Below are positions 6,989 to 11,425 of a DNA stretch of 11,425 nt, in pieces; positions within the stretch are counted from its first letter, which is position 1; each line of letters opens with the position of its first letter. The DNA is taken from the NCBI GenBank assembly GCA_050298055.1, contig JBNKTL010000073.1:1-11425 (forward strand), in the 5' to 3' direction. Source of the stretch: Spirochaetota bacterium. Lineage in GTDB: Bacteria; Spirochaetota; UBA4802; UBA5550. The notes under the pieces are model-generated. The model saw only the letters and a list, made by a program, of their open reading frames with translations, was not told the origin of the DNA and searched no databases. The position numbers and the translations under genes were made by a program.

Positions 6989-7282
6989 ATGAGAGTGATC
7001 GCAAAATCGACATTAAAGGAATTCTGGAAGAATCACCCGGATGCAGAACAACCGTTAAAAGCCTGGTTTCGTGAAGCAACAAGGGCAGAATGGAAATCAC
7101 CCTCTGATATTAAATTGATATACAGCAGCGCAAGTATATTAAAGAAAAGCAGGGTGGTATTTAACATATCCGGTAACAAATACCGACTGGTCGTAAAAGT
7201 TGAGTATGAATGGAAACTGATCTATATCAGGTTTATCGGCACTCACGAAGAATATAATTCAATTGATGCAGATACAATATAA
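6989..7282 (+). CDS. higB: HigB family (RelE-superfamily) mRNA interferase toxin
   Basis: MRVIAKSTLKEFW...HPDAEQPLKAW, RVVFNISGNKYRLVV and IRFIGTHEEY are diagnostic HigB motifs. The toxin lies upstream of its antitoxin. Confidence 0.95.
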   Translation: MRVIAKSTLKEFWKNHPDAEQPLKAWFREATRAEWKSPSDIKLIYSSASILKKSRVVFNISGNKYRLVVKVEYEWKLIYIRFIGTHEEYNSIDADTI

Positions 7283-7296
7283 AGAGTTAACCAATT

Positions 7297-7677
7297 ATGG
7301 ATATTAAACCAATAAAAAACAAGACAGACTACAAACAGGTCATGGCCCGAATTGACGAGTTGCTGCAGATGTATGATACTCATGATGGATTTCCTCCAAA
7401 AGGGACCCCTGAGAGTGATGAACTGGAGGTCCTCTCCATACTTGCGGATGACTATGAGAATAAATATTATCCCATAGACCCACCGGACCCTGTTGAAGCC
7501 ATAAAGTTCCGGATGGAACAGATGGGCCTGACAAATGCCGATCTTGCGGATCTCATCGGCGGAAAATCACGGGTGTCGGAGATAATGAACCACAAACGCA
7601 ACCTGACCTTAAGGATGATCCGTATTCTCAACGAGAAACTCAATATCCCGGCTGAAGTTCTAATCAGGGAGTTGTAA
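7297..7677 (+). CDS. higA: HigA family antitoxin, XRE-type HTH
   Basis: IKPIK..DY N-terminus, PDPVEAIKFRMEQMGL, and HTH region KSRVSEIMNHKRNLTLRMIR...LNIPAEVL. Starts 14 bp after higB. Confidence 0.95.
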   Translation: MDIKPIKNKTDYKQVMARIDELLQMYDTHDGFPPKGTPESDELEVLSILADDYENKYYPIDPPDPVEAIKFRMEQMGLTNADLADLIGGKSRVSEIMNHKRNLTLRMIRILNEKLNIPAEVLIREL

Positions 7678-7680
7678 GAA

Positions 7681-7708
7681 GTTCCGGGTTTCGAGTTCCA
7701 AGTTCCAT
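7681..7708 (+). repeat. Degenerate heptamer tandem repeat (4 units)
   Basis: GTTCCGG GTTTCGA GTTCCAA GTTCCAT, starting 3 bp after the higA stop. Confidence 0.7.
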
Positions 7709-7835
7709 GCTGAAGAGGGAGCCCGGAATACTAGCCATAAAACCGGGTGGACGGAATAACCCATACTATACAATAGTGCCTGTAGAGCAAATTCCCTTAG
7801 AAGTCCCTCAAAAGAAGATCAAAACCAAGAAGCCA

Positions 7836-8410
7836 ATGAAACCTGAAAAAATAATAAAAGAAAAACTTTACCGGATCGAGGAGGAACATAACGTAAAGAT
7901 CCTCTATGCCGTTGAATCGGGATCACGGGCATGGGGATTTGAGTCAACAGACAGCGATTACGATGTGAGATTTATCTATAAACACAACCTGGAGTGGAAT
8001 TTAAACGTACTGCCCAAAAGAGATGTCATTGAATATCCCATAGATGGCCTCTTTGACTATTCGGGATGGGATCTGCGGAAAACTCCCTTTCTTTTAAATA
8101 AATCAAACCCGGTACTCTTTGAGTGGCTGCAGTCACCTCTTGCCCTCCCATGGAGTTTGAAAAGCTGTTATACAACCTGGACCTTGATGAGTCTTTAGTT
8201 GAAAAAATCAATGTATTGCTTGAAAAAAAGAGAGCCGGTGTTGAGATGGGGCTTGAACCTAAAATCCATGAGATAAACCGGTTTATCGAGAAGAAGACCG
8301 TATACTTCGAGAAAAACACCGGGAAGTTTAATCCCAATAAGAAACCCGACAGCAGGATACTTGATGAGTATTTTGTCAGGATACTGCGGGAGGGGGATGT
8401 TTCCCGTTAA
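7836..8410 (+). pseudogene. YcgL/RlaP-type DNA polymerase beta-superfamily nucleotidyltransferase, disrupted by an internal deletion with frameshift
   Basis: The N-terminal half (from ATG 7836) has ESGSRAWGF, DSDYDVRFIY, SGWDLRK and SNPVLFEWLQSP. At about 8135-8138 similarity jumps to another frame encoding the family's C-terminal PPMEFEKLL...LLEKKR. The intervening HY../KKYFY..RP segment expected in this family is absent. Confidence 0.85.
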
Positions 8411-8436
8411 AATCAGGGAAATGTGATTTCCCGGTT
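8411..8436. terminator. Hairpin between convergent genes, possible bidirectional terminator
   Basis: GGGAAAT-GTG-ATTTCCC stem-loop (8416-8432) fills the 29-bp gap between two stop codons. A T-run follows on the minus strand. Confidence 0.55.
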
Positions 8437-8439
8437 AAC

Positions 8440-11175
8440 TTACGGCACCAGCACCATAAGGCAGCTTATCTGTAATTCATCCGGCATTATCCCCCTGCGT
8501 CCGGCATACCGGTTTCTGCACAACTCGACCCATGAATCAAGGTCGGATATTTCACTGTATAGGGGATCTTCCTCGGGAAGCGACCTTATCTCTTCCATGA
8601 TATCATCCATACGTATACTGTCCCGGATAATATCCCCCTCCCTGTTGAAGAGGATGGGGAAATACCTGGTTCCATATATAAACAGAATATAAAGCTGCTT
8701 CTCCCTGACACCGCTCTTTTTAAAGCTCCGTATATAGGGAGGAAGCATCCTCAGCTCTTTCACCAGGTCATCATTGAGCAGGGCAAGATCATCAATAAAG
8801 GAAGTGGATCTGATCTCGTTGGAATTCTCAAGAAATTCCAGGACCTCATTGAGATTGAGGTCAACACTGCCGATCTTACTCATACTCCTGGCGAGATTCG
8901 CCATCTCAAACCGCCCCCCCTGCTCCACCATAAAAGGGATGTCGGAGAAAGACCTGACCTCGGAATCCTTTTCCGTAAGCCTGTCCCTCCAGTTGGTGGC
9001 CAGGGAGACCTGTTGGTTCTCCATTGTGGAGGGTATCAGTGTATAAACGAATATTTCCCGGGGTTCATGCCAGGGCCGGAGGATCCTTCCCATCCTCTGG
9101 GCCAGTTCCAGGACAGTCCAGGGAAGTTCAAAGTTTATCATCACCGACGCGTCCTGCATGTTAAATCCCTCTGCCATTGAACCGGTGGCTACCAGGATGT
9201 TTATCCCGTCGGGAATTATTTCCTCATCCTCAGAGGGTTCCATGAAGTCGATGATATTTGCCCGGGGGGCAAAGGACCTGAGCATCCGCTCAAGGCTGTC
9301 CGGTTTTTTATCCACCGTATGTTCGACATCATCTCTTTTCAGGAAGTAGCTGATGGATTCCGTCACATAGACGGCTGTTGCCCGGTGATGGCAGAAGATC
9401 ACAAGCTTCTCACCGAAATGTTTTTTTATTATGGAGATCAGCTCCCTTATTTTGGGATCGGGAGGAGTGCCATTTTTCCGTACCAGGTACCGGGCAAGCT
9501 CCTGTCTCATCCCGGCTACCTTCACCGACAAGCTCTCCTGGTGTTCAAACCTGAGCTTATCGAACCCCCCCTCCACTTCCATCTTATCGAAGAGCACTTC
9601 CACCTCCTTAACCGACGAGCAGAACCTTTTCATGAAATGGGCTTCAACAAAGGGATTCCTTTTACCGGAGATATCATCATCGTCAAAGAGGGATAAGATC
9701 TGTTCATCACTCCTCTGCCTTAACATCCCGCTGTTTAAAAGCTCGATGAGCATATCATCACATACATTTTGATAATAGACATTTTTCATATGCAGCTCAC
9801 GGGGAAAGTAGCGGGGCTGATCACCGGAGAAGATCACATACTTCTCCCCGGACTCATCGGTATGGCTGAAATTCTTCACGACACTGGGAGCGGTGATAAC
9901 CACGCAAACGGGAAGATGGGTCAGTTCCTTCCCCTCACTGATGTTCCAGTGGGATTGGGCCCCGTTTTTTTGAAAGAGTTCCGTTTTGTCCTCGTAGAGG
10001 GGGAGGAGCTGAAGCTGGGCATTGATATCGTTTATCTCTTTGCTGTAGGGGGTGGCGGTCATAAGCAGGACCTTAACCTCTTTTCTTACCGTATTCCGGA
10101 TCCTCAGGTACCGTTCCTTTATTTCACCCCCGGCGGAGGGATTTCTCATGTGGTGGCTCTCATCCATAATTATCAGGGTCTTTTCGTCTGCCGTTTCAAG
10201 GTCTCTTTCAAGTATCTCCATCTCCCTGTCCCGTTTCCAGTCAACGGTGGAAAGGGTATTGTATGAGAATTCCGAGACGGAAACCCGGGCGGCTTTCATG
10301 GTCCTCCGCCACATAGCTTTCAGGGTGGCGGGGCAGATAACAATAACATGGTCGATCCGGTCATCCATTTTCAGGTAAGCCACAACATGGGCCGCCATGA
10401 TCGTCTTCCCCAGGCCGGTTGATGCCACAAGGAAGGACCCGTTGTAGTCATTGATGATACGGATGATACGGGATACCGCTGGCCTCTGGTAATTGGCCAG
10501 GACGGGAAGCCTGCCGGGACTCTCCTCCCGGGGGAGCCCGTAGAGTTCCAGGAGGGACCTCCCGTAGACACTGAAGGGCCGGTGAATGTTAAGCCACCCC
10601 TGGAGAATATCCAGGAGCTCACCGGTTATGGTTTTTCCCTTATCATAGTATTCGTCAAACCTCTCCACAAAATAGCGGACATCGTCTTTATCCGTAACCG
10701 TTATCCCCGCTTCCCGGCTTGTCACCAGGCCGCCGCGGGTAAAATTTGACGAGCCCACCACCGCCTTCTCATCATCGGCAATATAGAGTTTAGCGTGATG
10801 ATAGAGATAGCGGGGACTTATCAGGGTCTCTTCACGCCCACCGGAAACAGTGACTGAAAAGTCCCCCTTCAAAAGAGCTTCCCTGAGGGCTTCCATTGCC
10901 GCGGTCCGGTTTTCCAGTGGCCCTGTTGAAAGAGACTCCATGAACTCCCGGAGAAATTCCGTCAGGTTATCGGCCCCTGTCTCGTAACGGCCCACAAGGA
11001 GCTTTACTTGTTTAGATTCGAGAACATCCTGCAGACACTGAAAGCCGGAAGGCTGGAAATATGCGGTGGCGATGCGCACAGTTGAGGCAGGGGTGAGGGC
11101 ATCTGATATGACCCGCAATGCAGCGCCGTTGGCGGAGAAATAGCGAGAGAGGGTTTTATCGATTTCCCGGTTCAT
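8440..11175 (-). CDS. PLD (HKD) nuclease - SF2/SNF2-like helicase fusion; putative restriction/anti-phage enzyme
   Basis: N-terminal IATAYF and HAKLYIAD...GSSNFT (HxKxxxxD + GSxN). Walker A STGLGKT, Walker B IMDESH, motif III TATP, motif IV KLVIFC, motif V AEGFNMQ, motif VI QRMGRILR. About 200-aa unassigned C-terminal region. Confidence 0.9.
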   Translation of the reverse strand: MNREIDKTLSRYFSANGAALRVISDALTPASTVRIATAYFQPSGFQCLQDVLESKQVKLLVGRYETGADNLTEFLREFMESLSTGPLENRTAAMEALREALLKGDFSVTVSGGREETLISPRYLYHHAKLYIADDEKAVVGSSNFTRGGLVTSREAGITVTDKDDVRYFVERFDEYYDKGKTITGELLDILQGWLNIHRPFSVYGRSLLELYGLPREESPGRLPVLANYQRPAVSRIIRIINDYNGSFLVASTGLGKTIMAAHVVAYLKMDDRIDHVIVICPATLKAMWRRTMKAARVSVSEFSYNTLSTVDWKRDREMEILERDLETADEKTLIIMDESHHMRNPSAGGEIKERYLRIRNTVRKEVKVLLMTATPYSKEINDINAQLQLLPLYEDKTELFQKNGAQSHWNISEGKELTHLPVCVVITAPSVVKNFSHTDESGEKYVIFSGDQPRYFPRELHMKNVYYQNVCDDMLIELLNSGMLRQRSDEQILSLFDDDDISGKRNPFVEAHFMKRFCSSVKEVEVLFDKMEVEGGFDKLRFEHQESLSVKVAGMRQELARYLVRKNGTPPDPKIRELISIIKKHFGEKLVIFCHHRATAVYVTESISYFLKRDDVEHTVDKKPDSLERMLRSFAPRANIIDFMEPSEDEEIIPDGINILVATGSMAEGFNMQDASVMINFELPWTVLELAQRMGRILRPWHEPREIFVYTLIPSTMENQQVSLATNWRDRLTEKDSEVRSFSDIPFMVEQGGRFEMANLARSMSKIGSVDLNLNEVLEFLENSNEIRSTSFIDDLALLNDDLVKELRMLPPYIRSFKKSGVREKQLYILFIYGTRYFPILFNREGDIIRDSIRMDDIMEEIRSLPEEDPLYSEISDLDSWVELCRNRYAGRRGIMPDELQISCLMVLVP

Positions 11176-11222
11176 AGAAGAGATGTTTATTTATCCGTTT
11201 TTCTTATCAAGCTTTTTATCTG

Positions 11223-11286
11223 ATTTCTCATTTATTCCTGTGGGGTGCAGGTTTCCCAGTGCTAAAGAGAATAAATTATGAGAAAT
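11223..11286. other. Long bulged inverted repeat upstream of the PLD-helicase gene
   Basis: ATTTCTCAT-TTATTC (11223-11237) pairs with GAATAA-att-ATGAGAAAT (11269-11286); inner TGGG/CCCA stem. Confidence 0.55.
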
Positions 11287-11300
11287 TACAATAAAAATGT

Positions 11301-11343
11301 AAAAAGTTTTTATGATCCGGATATGGGAAAAGTATTAATTATT
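11301..11343. repeat. Imperfect 43-bp dispersed direct repeat, copy 2
   Basis: AAAAAGTTTTtATGATCCGGatatGGGAaaAGTATTAATtATT; 35/43 ungapped identity to 6812-6854. Confidence 0.8.
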
Positions 11344-11425
11344 GTTAATTTGTAACTACTCAGCTATTCAACATGGGAATTCAAGGTAAACCTGTTTCCC
11401 GTTTAGAATTTTTTCAAGGGCATCT

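Noticed and set aside
7707..7835. Start at 7707 for the nucleotidyltransferase
   Set aside because: The ATG overlaps the last heptamer repeat and has no SD; family similarity begins near ATG 7836.
8123..8198. Programmed frameshift or genuine two-gene split
   Set aside because: No slippery run at the junction, and a conserved internal block is missing, so frameshifting would not restore a full protein.
8423..10622. ORFs overlapping the PLD-helicase gene
   Set aside because: Shadows of a long motif-rich gene without independent support.
8440..11175. Complete DISARM, BREX or type I/III RM system
   Set aside because: No methyltransferase, specificity subunit, PglZ or DrmA/B partner in the window.

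Overview
AT-rich bacterial accessory region, probably a defence/addiction hotspot. From left to right it holds: the 5' end of a secreted-protein gene running off the left edge; a divergent QueG-family (cobalamin/2x[4Fe-4S]) reductase; a vapBC pair with its own promoter and operator; four minus-strand hypothetical genes (FN3-like, small 2-TM, beta-propeller-like 613 aa, SEC-C 374 aa); a higBA pair with a 12-bp-arm operator and an apparently leaderless toxin mRNA; an internally deleted YcgL/RlaP-type nucleotidyltransferase; and a 911-aa PLD-nuclease/SF2-helicase fusion with no methyltransferase beside it. The most notable unexplained structure is an imperfect 43-bp direct repeat (35/43 identical, 6812-6854 and 11301-11343) that brackets higBA + nucleotidyltransferase + PLD-helicase, a candidate ~4.5-kb defence cassette. 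Long bulged hairpins and two short simple repeats occur in intergenic DNA. No rRNA, tRNA, CRISPR array, integrase or transposase was seen. Family assignments come from motif recognition only; no searches were run.
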